From IMG/VR virus record IMGVR_UViG_3300031759_000013: DNA of 20,000 nt. One strand, written 5' to 3'. A model generated the notes under the pieces. The model did not search any database and was not told the origin of the DNA. It was given only the letters and a program-made list of their open reading frames with translations. This document shows positions 1 through 8,738 of this stretch, in pieces (the stretch's first letter is position 1; the number at the start of each line of letters is the position of its first letter). The position numbers and the translations under genes were made by a program. Origin of the DNA: an uncultured virus (IMG/VR IMGVR_UViG_3300031759_000013) (lineage: Duplodnaviria > Heunggongvirae > Uroviricota > Caudoviricetes).

Positions 1-54
1 AGTAACTGTGCCTACTGGCGACAATCCTGATACGGCATTTACATTTGCCATCAT
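1..54 (-). CDS. 5' end of the next structural gene (probably capsid-associated), runs off the window
   Basis: ATGATG at 54/51 preceded by TAAGGAAAA; reads MMANVNAVSGLSPVGTVT with no stop; lies downstream of the scaffold in the head module. Confidence 0.55.
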   Translation of the reverse strand, partial: MMANVNAVSGLSPVGTVT

Positions 55-73
55 TTTTCCTTAATTAGAAAGT

Positions 74-535
74 TTAATATTTGATGCCAGCATTATAGAA
101 ACCAGAGGAATCAACACCAGGTGTCTTACCTTGTCTAATAGCTGCATCGGTTTTATCGTTACGTTCTTGTAATTGCTTTTGGTCTTCGTCAAACCACTCT
201 TGTTTGATTTTCATCAAATAAGCGTACATTGGTTCGCCCTTCTCTCCAGCACCTACTAAGAATCTAACCTTATCTCCTAAATCAAGATTACGAGAAGTAA
301 CGTTCTCTGTAACCCCATCTATCTCACTTGGATGAACAAACTCATAACCGTTTTCAGTAGCATTCTGGATGCGCCCAGGAGTGTCATTGAAAATGTGCAT
401 GTGGAAACCATCAATCTGTCTCCCTACTTGCAACTTGCCTTGAGTCCCATTAAATACGCCTTTTTTACGTTCACGAGGACGCTCTACCTTAGTAGACTCT
501 ACAGCAGCTTTTACTTCTTTTTTAATTTCAGTCAT
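74..535 (-). CDS. Hypothetical head-module protein (153 aa)
   Basis: Full ORF with AGGGAG RBS, co-oriented with and directly after the scaffold gene. Confidence 0.7.
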   Translation of the reverse strand: MTEIKKEVKAAVESTKVERPRERKKGVFNGTQGKLQVGRQIDGFHMHIFNDTPGRIQNATENGYEFVHPSEIDGVTENVTSRNLDLGDKVRFLVGAGEKGEPMYAYLMKIKQEWFDEDQKQLQERNDKTDAAIRQGKTPGVDSSGFYNAGIKY

Positions 536-548
536 GTTCTATTCTCCC

Positions 549-1388
549 TTAGGTCCAATCATATTCTGCTACATAAGCTTCTTTGGTCATAAGACCTTGT
601 TTAACGAATTTGTCACATGCTGCTTTAGCTTCAGCAGGTAAGTTATTGTAAGATTTCTTACTACCGCCTACAGATGGTCTAGCTGTCCCATTAGAGGAAC
701 CTTCCATTGGATTCTGCACACGTTTCTTACCAAACTTCTCTGGTATCATATTAGCAAGTTCTTCATCTAGCTTGTCCAAGAATGCTTTACCTTGTAAGGC
801 TGGGTTCTCACGACGTAATTCAACGCCTAAACCATTTGCCATACCAGTCAAACGTGTATCTTTTCCAAACCAGTCATTACGGTCCATCCACTCATTAAGA
901 GTAGGGTCAGCAGTAACTTGAGGAACTTCTTTAGCTTTCTCTTCAGCAGCTTTTAAGTCTTGTTTAGCTTCTAGACGTTGCTCTTTCAAGTCGTCCATTG
1001 CATCGTCAATCGCTATTGCTCTATCGCCATCGCCTTGAGTGATTGCATCACGCTTAGCTTGCTTTAGTTGCTCTAATTGACCTTCCAAGTCTTTGGTCTT
1101 TCGCTCAAACTGTTGCTTCTGGTATTCACGAAACTCTTTAGCAGCTTCTCGTGCTTCTTCAGCAATCTTTTTGGCTTCACCTAATTCTTTAAGCAATTTC
1201 TCATTATTCTTACGAAGGATAGGCATAATTTCTTTGCCACGACGTACAAACGTCTCAGCATCAACCCAATCGTTCTCAGAACCACGAAACTCTTCTGCTG
1301 CTACCCAACCCTGCGCCCTTGCTTCGGACTCAACCTGAGAGGCTTCTGGAGCTTCCTGTGGTGCTTCTTGTTGTAGTTCATCACTCAT
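549..1388 (-). CDS. Putative capsid scaffolding protein
   Basis: Acidic N-terminus, long E/K/A-rich coiled-coil core, position between portal and capsid genes. Confidence 0.65.
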   Translation of the reverse strand: MSDELQQEAPQEAPEASQVESEARAQGWVAAEEFRGSENDWVDAETFVRRGKEIMPILRKNNEKLLKELGEAKKIAEEAREAAKEFREYQKQQFERKTKDLEGQLEQLKQAKRDAITQGDGDRAIAIDDAMDDLKEQRLEAKQDLKAAEEKAKEVPQVTADPTLNEWMDRNDWFGKDTRLTGMANGLGVELRRENPALQGKAFLDKLDEELANMIPEKFGKKRVQNPMEGSSNGTARPSVGGSKKSYNNLPAEAKAACDKFVKQGLMTKEAYVAEYDWT

Positions 1389-1729
1389 TATTTAATCCCT
1401 TTTAATAGATGTGGGTCAACTAAGCCCATATCGTCGTCTAACTTGGCTACGAGGTCTGCATAATTAATCATGCGATAGTCTTTGCCGTCTTTACCTTTGT
1501 ACATCAAACCAGCGTATTTAGCGAAAGCTACCTTCATACCGATTGTTACAATGTCTGCTGGAACTTCTTCACCTAAAGCAATAATCTCACCTGTAGTGTT
1601 TGCAAGTTGTTCACGTTCACTGGTTTCATCTGAAGATACGATAATTCCACTAGCTGTCTTATTCTCTACTACTAAAGGCTGAATAAGAACCCTGTCAAAG
1701 ATAGGGGTGATACCTGTCGCATTAGACAT
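1388..1729 (-). CDS. groES: Co-chaperonin GroES/Cpn10-like protein
   Basis: PIFDRVLI, mobile loop KTASGIIV, GEIIALG, V.IG.KV.FAKYAG all match the Cpn10 pattern. Confidence 0.85.
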   Translation of the reverse strand: MSNATGITPIFDRVLIQPLVVENKTASGIIVSSDETSEREQLANTTGEIIALGEEVPADIVTIGMKVAFAKYAGLMYKGKDGKDYRMINYADLVAKLDDDMGLVDPHLLKGIK

Positions 1730-1949
1730 CCTTCTTCTCCGTTACTGAATTCATCAACTCGTTATAATCTAAAGCTAGAATTGCTGTACATGCTGCTGCT
1801 CGTCCTCTGATACTCGCATCATCTTCGGTTCCTGCTAACAACATCTCTTTAAGCCACTCTCTGTCATTGTGTATTGCCTTCATAAAGGCTTGAGTTACAC
1901 GACTAGTTTTCCATTCATTAAATTCCTGCTCTGTTACTACGATTGCCAT
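1722..1949 (-). CDS. Small hypothetical protein after the portal gene
   Basis: 75-aa ORF with strong AAGGAGG RBS; overlaps the groES start. Confidence 0.7.
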   Translation of the reverse strand: MAIVVTEQEFNEWKTSRVTQAFMKAIHNDREWLKEMLLAGTEDDASIRGRAAACTAILALDYNELMNSVTEKKDV

Positions 1950-1967
1950 ACTTCCTCCTTGTTAAAC

Positions 1968-4004
1968 CTATTCTGGTGCTGCTTCTCCCTCTTTAGGAGC
2001 TGTCATATCAGACATGTGTTTTTCCAAAGCCATTACGGTTTTGATACTGTCTTGAATTCCTTCTTGCTTAGCTCTAGCTGCACCAATTTGTGCATCTAGC
2101 ATTGCAATATCGTGTCCTGTCTTAACGCCACCTGCTTGTTCAACAGCAAGGATAGCGTCTGCTTCCAACTTGTGAATCTTAGCTTGTTGGAGTTCAGCTT
2201 GTTGTAACAACTTAGCAACGCTGAGCTTAAGGTCGATTTGCATCTGAGCCTGTTTAGCTTGCATCTTCATTTGTTCAATTTGAATCTTCTCTGAAGGACC
2301 TGGCTTAATAGCGTTAGGGCCTTTAGGGTCTGGTAACACTTGTTCAATGTTATTAACCTTCATTGCTTTGAGGTATGTTTTCTGAGCTTCATACATATTC
2401 ATACCAGGCGTGGTAGTTGCTAATTGAAGCACTGCCTGGGCTTGTTGAATACGCTGTGTGTCAGAAACAATGTTAGGGTCTGCAGCAGGACGTACATCAG
2501 ATACTGGACCTAAGAAGTCATCAGCAGCAATAAAGTTAGCACCTGTATCGCTGTTGTAGTCTTCTACACCTTGGAGGTATAGTTGATTTAAGCGATACAA
2601 CTTACGGAACTCATCTTTAAGACTACGGTAGGTACGTTTGAAGATACCAGAGAAAATCTTCATTCCCTGTTCAGCCATCGTCCTCGTAGTTTCAGCAGCA
2701 GTATTCTGACCTGGATTCTGACCTGACAAGATGTCAACAGAACCACCAATACGCTCACCGTAATTAATAAGCATACTGAGCAAAGTAAACAGAACTTGAG
2801 AAGGTTCACGCACTGGGAGAGGCATGATACCTTTACGGAGGTCATCGCCAGTTGTATCGACATGTTTCCACTCTAGGGGTGCGAAGTTGTAGTTACCGCC
2901 TCGGAGCTTGATACCACGGGACAAGAAACCACCTGCTGTATTGGCCATCGTGCCTGTGTCAATAAGCTGATTGAGTAAGGTATCAATACTTTGATTAAGT
3001 GGTCCAAGTAGGCTTCCGAAACCGAGGTCATAAAAGCCACCATCAGGTGAGGGAATGAAAGGGAACTTAGTGAAGTATGTTTCTGCTTTGATGGAAAGAA
3101 CATTTCCTTTACCGTCTCTTTCAATAGAGTTTTCAAAATAACGAGCTACGATACGTAGAACTTGTTTAGTATCCCGACGCATCCAAATGATGTACGGCTC
3201 AGCATAGCCATCACCGTCTAAGTCAATAAAGGTGTGTTGTTCTAAGATTTCAAATGGAGTAGAGTCATCGATTGAATCAGGAGCAGACATCCCTTGTGCT
3301 TTGTTTTGAGCCAAAGTCATGTTTGACTGAGGAACAGCAGCAGGACGTACATCAGTCATTTCACACCATAAACCACGAGCTACACGTTCGTATATGTCGT
3401 TTCTAGACAAGTACTGAATCTGAGTAATACGTGGGGATGTATCTAAATGCTTAGTCCAATAGTTTACGACAAAGTCCTTAGCAAGGATGTTCTCGGAAAC
3501 ATTGTGTTTAAGGATAGGGTCAAAGTAAGACTTCTTAAAAGCACAGCCAACAATAGGCTGAGAGATAAGAACTCTATCCATCTCAGATTCCCAGTTGGTA
3601 TCTTCTTCAAGAATCTGGTAAGACATGAAGTTTGCTACACGCTGAGCACGTGCGTCTTTAGCCCCTGTTGGGTCGTCACCGAATGTGCGACATTGGACAG
3701 GGGTTTCCCCATTGATAAGTACAGGATAACTGCGAGCATGAAACTGCAAAGCAGCAATAGTGATAAGTGGAAATTTGACATTAGATGCTCCAGGCCAAGG
3801 GAATGACTTAGCTTCTGCAACTTGCAAAGCAAGCTTCATAGCATCTTCAGTACGTTTTTCCCAAGCAGAACGAGACTCCAAGTCAGCTTGGAATCCCTTG
3901 TAGACGTTATAGCTAATTGTGTTGAGGTCTCCTTCATCTAACATCTCAGCGATATTAGGGGAGGCAACAACGTCTTTTAGATTAAACTCGGTATTTAATT
4001 TCAT
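1968..4004 (-). CDS. Portal protein
   Basis: 678 aa, directly after terL; Q/A-rich helical C-terminal region typical of podovirus portals; call rests on synteny, size and composition. Confidence 0.8.
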   Translation of the reverse strand: MKLNTEFNLKDVVASPNIAEMLDEGDLNTISYNVYKGFQADLESRSAWEKRTEDAMKLALQVAEAKSFPWPGASNVKFPLITIAALQFHARSYPVLINGETPVQCRTFGDDPTGAKDARAQRVANFMSYQILEEDTNWESEMDRVLISQPIVGCAFKKSYFDPILKHNVSENILAKDFVVNYWTKHLDTSPRITQIQYLSRNDIYERVARGLWCEMTDVRPAAVPQSNMTLAQNKAQGMSAPDSIDDSTPFEILEQHTFIDLDGDGYAEPYIIWMRRDTKQVLRIVARYFENSIERDGKGNVLSIKAETYFTKFPFIPSPDGGFYDLGFGSLLGPLNQSIDTLLNQLIDTGTMANTAGGFLSRGIKLRGGNYNFAPLEWKHVDTTGDDLRKGIMPLPVREPSQVLFTLLSMLINYGERIGGSVDILSGQNPGQNTAAETTRTMAEQGMKIFSGIFKRTYRSLKDEFRKLYRLNQLYLQGVEDYNSDTGANFIAADDFLGPVSDVRPAADPNIVSDTQRIQQAQAVLQLATTTPGMNMYEAQKTYLKAMKVNNIEQVLPDPKGPNAIKPGPSEKIQIEQMKMQAKQAQMQIDLKLSVAKLLQQAELQQAKIHKLEADAILAVEQAGGVKTGHDIAMLDAQIGAARAKQEGIQDSIKTVMALEKHMSDMTAPKEGEAAPE

Positions 4005-4010
4005 GTGTTC

Positions 4011-5528
4011 TTAATAGCCTGTGGTAGCATTTCGACCAGCTTGGTCATATCCAAAATCGTGTAGGGCAACCCTGTATTCTTCTTCATCAACTTCACTTTG
4101 AGTAGCAGCTACTTGCATTTGATTTAAGAGTAAACCGATGTAGGCCCAAGCATCAACCTGGTCATCATGTCTGTCTCTAGGAAAACGCAGTAACTCATCT
4201 TCGAATGTTTGATACCAATCAGCAGAATTGTCAAATTTAACGGCTCCTGCTCTCATACGAGCTTGCATTGACCTTGCACGACTCAACTTATCACCTGAAG
4301 GCTTGAGTAACACCAGGTTAATAAAAGTGTCCTGCTTCATCATTGCTTCGTTCAAGTACGGTCCGATAGACTTCTGGATAGTACCTGCTTCGATTCCAAA
4401 CAACTCAGGGTTGTACGTTCGCTGGAGGGCGAGAATAGTTTCAACAATTTGCATCCCGTCCATTCGGTCACGAACGATGTTTACACACTGGAGATGTTGG
4501 TTCTCATCCATTCCCGCCACAGCAAAAACACTGTAATCACTATGTTGTCGTTGACTAATAGCTAAGTCACAAGCAATATAGTAATTCAAATTCTTTAATC
4601 TATCTTCTTCCTTAAGCGGAGCAAAGTCACTCTTCTTAAAGAATCCGTTAGCATCATCAAGAGGAACGTTTAACATCTCTTGAGAATATACGTCAGCTAA
4701 TCCTTGTGCGACGTATTGCGCTTTACGCTCTTCTAAGGCTTTCTTGTTCCATCTATCAGGCCACAGAATCTTACTAAAGTCATCTGTATGAGCACGATAC
4801 TTAATGGATAACCAAGAAGTCTTGTAATTTGTATACTGTCTTAAATCTTCAGTAATTAAGTTCTTTAAAGCTTTAGTGCCTAGGGATGCTAGTTGAGACT
4901 CAGGCATCAACCTTTCAAGAAGGGAGTCTAAGTGCAAAATAGTACCGACTATGCGAATCTTTCCTGTAACTGACAGGGCAGGGATAAGAGCAGAGTAAAA
5001 CCAACGTCTTAACTTCTCTCGTCTATCCTTATTGAGAACCTGTTCATCAGATTCCATATCGTCACAGATAACTAAGTCTGGACGTTTGTTCAACCACTTT
5101 AAACCACGAAGCTTTTGTTCAGAGCCTTTAGCCTGAATACGGAATGTGTGTCCGTCTTCGAATTTACCTATTATATCATCTTCTGTTTGTTTTGTCAACT
5201 CAATGTTGCCAAATAGACCATGTATATCGTCATTGTCCCTAAGTTCTTTAATGATATCACCTAAGAACAAACCAGCTTGACTAAAGCTGTCTGAGACAAT
5301 CAAGACATATCTAGACCTGCGAAACAACACCTCAGCGAGACAATAAGTATAAGTAACAGCAGTACTTTTGCCATGGCCTCGTGGTGCGCTAATCGCAACG
5401 AATTTATCTTTAGTACAGCATAAAGACCATAGTTCTCGGTGGAAGTCAGGAGTTTGTGTAGCAGAATCAAAATTCTTAACTAAACAAGCATTGCTGAATC
5501 CTTCAATTACCTCAGAGGTTAATTCCAT
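4011..5528 (-). CDS. terL: Terminase large subunit
   Basis: Walker A APRGHGKS, Walker B LVICDDME, coupling motif VGT, RNase H-like nuclease motifs ACDLA and HDDQVDA. Confidence 0.93.
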   Translation of the reverse strand: MELTSEVIEGFSNACLVKNFDSATQTPDFHRELWSLCCTKDKFVAISAPRGHGKSTAVTYTYCLAEVLFRRSRYVLIVSDSFSQAGLFLGDIIKELRDNDDIHGLFGNIELTKQTEDDIIGKFEDGHTFRIQAKGSEQKLRGLKWLNKRPDLVICDDMESDEQVLNKDRREKLRRWFYSALIPALSVTGKIRIVGTILHLDSLLERLMPESQLASLGTKALKNLITEDLRQYTNYKTSWLSIKYRAHTDDFSKILWPDRWNKKALEERKAQYVAQGLADVYSQEMLNVPLDDANGFFKKSDFAPLKEEDRLKNLNYYIACDLAISQRQHSDYSVFAVAGMDENQHLQCVNIVRDRMDGMQIVETILALQRTYNPELFGIEAGTIQKSIGPYLNEAMMKQDTFINLVLLKPSGDKLSRARSMQARMRAGAVKFDNSADWYQTFEDELLRFPRDRHDDQVDAWAYIGLLLNQMQVAATQSEVDEEEYRVALHDFGYDQAGRNATTGY

Positions 5529-5958
5529 CTATTATCTTTCTGCACCACCATTTTAACTCTGCATCAGAGCTGTCTAATCTCATTTTATTAACTAGGCTAC
5601 ATACAATTCGTACATTCCAAGCTTCGTAAGGACCACCTGCTATGATTCTATCTAAAGAAGCATTTGTATTAACAACTCCTGAACCATGTAGTTTTGTTAA
5701 AGGAACTCCTGTAATAGCACATACGTAGTTTTGTTTTTTAAGTATTATAACACATTCTTCAACAGTAAGTGTTAAGTGTCTTTCTCTTTTAGAAAGTAAT
5801 CTTATAAAATATCTATCCCAGCTATTACTAGTTTTTTCTTTTTGTTCTTTACGTTCACAGTTTTTACACTTGTGTCCGATGTATTCTTTATTGTTTAATT
5901 TACGAACTCTATATTGGTCAAGTTCAAAAAAAGTATTACATGTGTTACATTGTTTCAT
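5512..5958 (-). CDS. HNH/His-Me-finger-like endonuclease (probable homing endonuclease)
   Basis: CxxC...CxxC N-terminus, then CAITG, SLDRI, GPY...NVRIVC..VNKMR; AT-rich relative to neighbours; best start is the ATG at 5958 with GAAAGGGA RBS. Confidence 0.7.
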   Translation of the reverse strand: MKQCNTCNTFFELDQYRVRKLNNKEYIGHKCKNCERKEQKEKTSNSWDRYFIRLLSKRERHLTLTVEECVIILKKQNYVCAITGVPLTKLHGSGVVNTNASLDRIIAGGPYEAWNVRIVCSLVNKMRLDSSDAELKWWCRKIIDGINL

Positions 5959-6042
5959 TTTATCCCTTTCAGAGGAGTGGAACAGGTGTTTGACCATTCG
6001 CACCTGCGACGAATTGAAAGCTCTTGCGAGACGGTCTTTTAT

Positions 6043-6567
6043 TTATTCGTTCTCGATAACCAATGGTTTAGGAGTAATGTCTTTCTCTTTAGGCTTAGCG
6101 AACTGTTTAAATTGTTCAGCTAAAGCAGCTAATCTGGCATCGACAGTCTTTTCAATCTGTTCTTGTTGTGGTTTAGACTCAATCAAGTCTTTACGCTCTA
6201 ACATATCGTTAGCAACCTTAGCTGCATCTTTCATCGACACAGGGACACGAATCAGTTCAGACGTCTTAGGGTCATATTGATAGTTACCTTTGTCAAGTCT
6301 ATCTTCTGTGACATCCAAAGCCTTAGAGACCAACTTAGTTAATCTAGCATTGAGTTTAAGATTGTCTTCAGCTTTTAAGTCATCAACAATCTTCTTAAAC
6401 CAGTCGGTATATCTCCAACGGTTAAACGTAGCTAACGGAATATCTAAGACAGCAGCAGTTTGAGCACCGTTACCCAATGCAAGGAATGTAGTCGCAGCTT
6501 CGAGCTTTTGACTCTCTGACCACCATTTACCTTCAGCTTTTAGTTCTCGTTTCTTTCTACGTGCCAT
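6043..6567 (-). CDS. terS: Putative terminase small subunit
   Basis: N-terminal HTH-like segment (GAQTAAVLDIPLATFNRW) followed by helices; first gene of the packaging operon upstream of terL. Confidence 0.7.
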   Translation of the reverse strand: MARRKKRELKAEGKWWSESQKLEAATTFLALGNGAQTAAVLDIPLATFNRWRYTDWFKKIVDDLKAEDNLKLNARLTKLVSKALDVTEDRLDKGNYQYDPKTSELIRVPVSMKDAAKVANDMLERKDLIESKPQQEQIEKTVDARLAALAEQFKQFAKPKEKDITPKPLVIENE

Positions 6568-6590
6568 AATATTCCTTTACTCTATACCTC

Positions 6591-6619
6591 ATTGTAACAT
6601 ATAATTATTTAAATGTCAA
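6591..6619 (-). promoter_or_regulatory. Sigma70-type promoter for the packaging/head operon
   Basis: Minus strand TTGACA (6619-6614), 17-nt spacer, TACAAT (6596-6591) with TGn extension; AAAGGA RBS and the terS ATG follow. Confidence 0.8.
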
Positions 6620-6652
6620 GCACTATTTTATACGACATGCCCTAAATAGTTC

Positions 6653-6680
6653 TTGACAAATAAAGAAATTAGTGTATAAT
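6653..6680 (+). promoter_or_regulatory. Consensus sigma70 promoter, rightward
   Basis: TTGACA (6653-6658), 16-nt spacer, TATAAT (6675-6680). Confidence 0.75.
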
Positions 6681-6692
6681 ACTATATAGACA

Positions 6693-6791
6693 ACAATGTA
6701 GTCTACTTTTTAGTAAGAATATAGTAAGTATTTAATATAGTAATAAAAACTATTAACTACATAGAGCAATAGAGCACAATGTAGTCTACAT
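6693..6791. repeat. 14-bp direct repeat containing a palindrome (operator-like)
   Basis: ACAATGTAGTCTAC at 6693-6706 and 6776-6789; second copy forms ATGTAG-T-CTACAT (6779-6791). Confidence 0.65.
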
Positions 6792-6969
6792 AGGGCTAAA
6801 GAGCACTTATTAGTTCTATGTCTTAACTTTCTTTCTTTATGTCTACTCCGTCCTGGAGAGCACGACCTAGTTTCTACCTTGGTCCGACCCTACCCCTTGT
6901 TTTAAAAGTTATGCCAGCGTTAAATGTAGCGTTATATATATTATCTAATAATTCTTTTTTACCCCCACC

Positions 6970-7014
6970 CTACCTAGATTCTACCTAGGGAACTACCCAG
7001 CTCTACCCAGCTAC
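6970..7014. repeat. Periodic CTACCYAG repeats
   Basis: CTACCTAG at 6970 and 6981, CTACCCAG at 6993 and 7003, CTAC at 7011. Confidence 0.7.
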
Positions 7015-7342
7015 GTTGGAGGTCTGCTCAGGTCTTTACGTTGTAATGTCATGTTCTGTGCAGCTTTGTGCAGGGCTAAGTAGTGCCTGTTTATTAGGCA
7101 GTTTATTACCCATCATTACTAATCAAGGACTTGCACCTGCTTAGTGCGTCTTAGTCTTATACCATTACTGAGTAGACAATCCTATTCAATATGCTATTCA
7201 GTTATATAGACTAAGTAGCTCTCTTATGCCCTTCTCTGTCTGTTATTGTCTATCCCTTTAGTATGTCTATCCGTTCTATCGCTATCTGCTTTACTGTCTC
7301 GATGTTGTCCCCTATAAATTGGCATTGTTGTTTGTTTGCAAC

Positions 7343-7387
7343 TAGGTATAAACACCTATAGATTTTACTTACAATTAGTACTAAATT
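7343..7387 (+). promoter_or_regulatory. Candidate early promoter 1: palindrome + 23 nt + TAAATT
   Basis: TAGGT-ATAAAC-ACCTA (7343-7358), TAAATT at 7382-7387; same geometry as 7517-7561. Confidence 0.55.
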
Positions 7388-7420
7388 GTAGTTACCCACA
7401 CAAACAAAGGAATAAACATC

Positions 7421-7510
7421 ATGTCAAACTTTAAAGCCCTTATCATTACCTTAGTAGTTTTCGCTGTGTGTCTTACTGTATGGCACCTAACTAACATACA
7501 TTATTTGTAA
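7421..7510 (+). CDS. Small membrane peptide (29 aa, MSNFKALIITLVVFAVCLTVWHLTNIHYL)
   Basis: Read manually; AAAGGA RBS; single hydrophobic stretch. Confidence 0.6.
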   Translation: MSNFKALIITLVVFAVCLTVWHLTNIHYL

Positions 7511-7516
7511 TGTCAA

Positions 7517-7561
7517 TAGGGGTAAGTCCCTATATACAATAGCTTGAAATAAGAATAAATT
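7517..7561 (+). promoter_or_regulatory. Candidate early promoter 2: palindrome + 23 nt + TAAATT
   Basis: TAGGG-GTAAGT-CCCTA (7517-7532), TAAATT at 7556-7561. Confidence 0.55.
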
Positions 7562-7606
7562 AGTAGCTAAGCATTAAACATAAACTAAATTAAAGGATTA
7601 AACATC

Positions 7607-7891
7607 ATGCAAAGAATCACAGAAAAACAACTCGAATCATTGGTTGATTACATCAACAAGCTAACTAACAGCCCCTTAGAATCCTCAAGCCGTGTAGATG
7701 GTAAATACTGTGCTAATGTAGGTAATTTCCACATTTACTATGCTTATGGCGGTGTTAACTTACACCGTATGAGCAACACAGGCGGAGGCGTTAGCACTCC
7801 AGTAGGACAGGGAACACGCACTAAGCGTGAGCTATATAATGATATGCAGTCTTTTATTCGTGGTTTAGAATTTACAAAACATGAGGCTTAA
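7607..7891 (+). CDS. Early hypothetical protein (94 aa)
   Basis: ORF with AAAGGA RBS. Confidence 0.75.
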   Translation: MQRITEKQLESLVDYINKLTNSPLESSSRVDGKYCANVGNFHIYYAYGGVNLHRMSNTGGGVSTPVGQGTRTKRELYNDMQSFIRGLEFTKHEA

Positions 7892-7895
7892 TACA

Positions 7896-8057
7896 ATGAA
7901 CTCAAGAAACTATCTTATAGAGCAATACCTAGAATTTAAAAATAACTATCTCAGCCCTTCATTGTTTGCAGAGCATCGGGGCATGACTGAAGAACAAGGG
8001 TTATCGTTGATAAACCTAGGCAGAAACTTATTCAATTCTAAACATCCTGAGGCTTAA
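7896..8057 (+). CDS. Early hypothetical protein (53 aa, MNSRNYLIEQYLEF...KHPEA)
   Basis: Read manually; GAGG RBS; tiles between neighbouring ORFs. Confidence 0.65.
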   Translation: MNSRNYLIEQYLEFKNNYLSPSLFAEHRGMTEEQGLSLINLGRNLFNSKHPEA

Positions 8058-8058
8058 C

Positions 8059-8211
8059 ATGAAAACTTACCACATTGTAGCAATTAACGAAAAAACAGGC
8101 GATAGCGTATTTATGACTAGGTATGCAATGACGCATGATAAGGCTTGTGAGATGCTAAAAAGATTTACATCTCATAAAGGTAGAAGATTACAACTTATTG
8201 AAGGGGCTTAA
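8059..8211 (+). CDS. Early hypothetical protein (50 aa, MKTYHIVAINEKTG...LIEGA)
   Basis: Read manually; GAGG RBS; tight tiling. Confidence 0.65.
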   Translation: MKTYHIVAINEKTGDSVFMTRYAMTHDKACEMLKRFTSHKGRRLQLIEGA

Positions 8212-8212
8212 T

Positions 8213-8356
8213 ATGAAAACTTTCAAGATAACCCTAGAGATAGAATTAAAAGATGATTCTATATGTGCTGCTGACTTTGTTTATGACATTGTAGAGCAAG
8301 CCTTAGAGACTGGGGAGAGTATTTTAGATTATGAATTATTGGAGGTTTTACCATGA
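8213..8356 (+). CDS. Early acidic hypothetical protein (47 aa, MKTFKITLEIEL...LEVLP)
   Basis: Read manually; ATGA overlap with the next ORF. Confidence 0.6.
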   Translation: MKTFKITLEIELKDDSICAADFVYDIVEQALETGESILDYELLEVLP

Positions 8357-8565
8357 TTGGAATCGCAGGCGGTATCTTATTGTCTTTATTGTTCTTAGTA
8401 TGTTTACCATTGATTATTCAATTAGGTGTCTTCGAATGTATGCTAGGATTGTTCTTAGGTGCTATCTGGTTGGCTGGTGAGTATCCCTTATGGGCTTTGT
8501 TCTTGCTTATACTTGCTGTAGCGTGTTACTGTACAAACAAACAAGGGGTTAAAGATGAAGCATGA
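8353..8565 (+). CDS. Small membrane protein (70 aa)
   Basis: GGAGG RBS; almost entirely hydrophobic. Confidence 0.65.
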   Translation: MIGIAGGILLSLLFLVCLPLIIQLGVFECMLGLFLGAIWLAGEYPLWALFLLILAVACYCTNKQGVKDEA

Positions 8566-8737
8566 AGTTATATTTAATACTAGAGATTTGCTCATCGAAT
8601 GGCTTGATGAGAATTTCCCAGAGAATCGTCTTACGCATGTTGCAGCAGATGGAGCTAATTACGCCTGTAACGGTTGCACAATAGAAGTCAAGGGCTTACA
8701 CCTTGTGATTAACTTAGAATCCTTGGAGGGTGTTTAA
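8555..8737 (+). CDS. Early hypothetical protein (60 aa)
   Basis: ORF track; AGGGG RBS; tiling. Confidence 0.6.
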   Translation: MKHEVIFNTRDLLIEWLDENFPENRLTHVAADGANYACNGCTIEVKGLHLVINLESLEGV

Positions 8738-8738
8738 A

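Noticed and set aside
5959..6003. Longer start for the HNH gene at 6003
   Set aside because: Non-ATG start without a clear RBS inside the structured leader; the ATG at 5958 has a good RBS.
332..6280. Plus-strand and alternate-frame ORFs over the structural genes (e.g. 332, 1093, 1482, 1869, 2660, 2873, 3447, 3635, 4228, 5368, 5870, 5914)
   Set aside because: Shadow ORFs overlapping well-supported genes, with no recognisable motifs.
7224..7325. Short minus-strand ORF (33 aa) in the switch region
   Set aside because: No RBS, low-complexity sequence and no supporting context.
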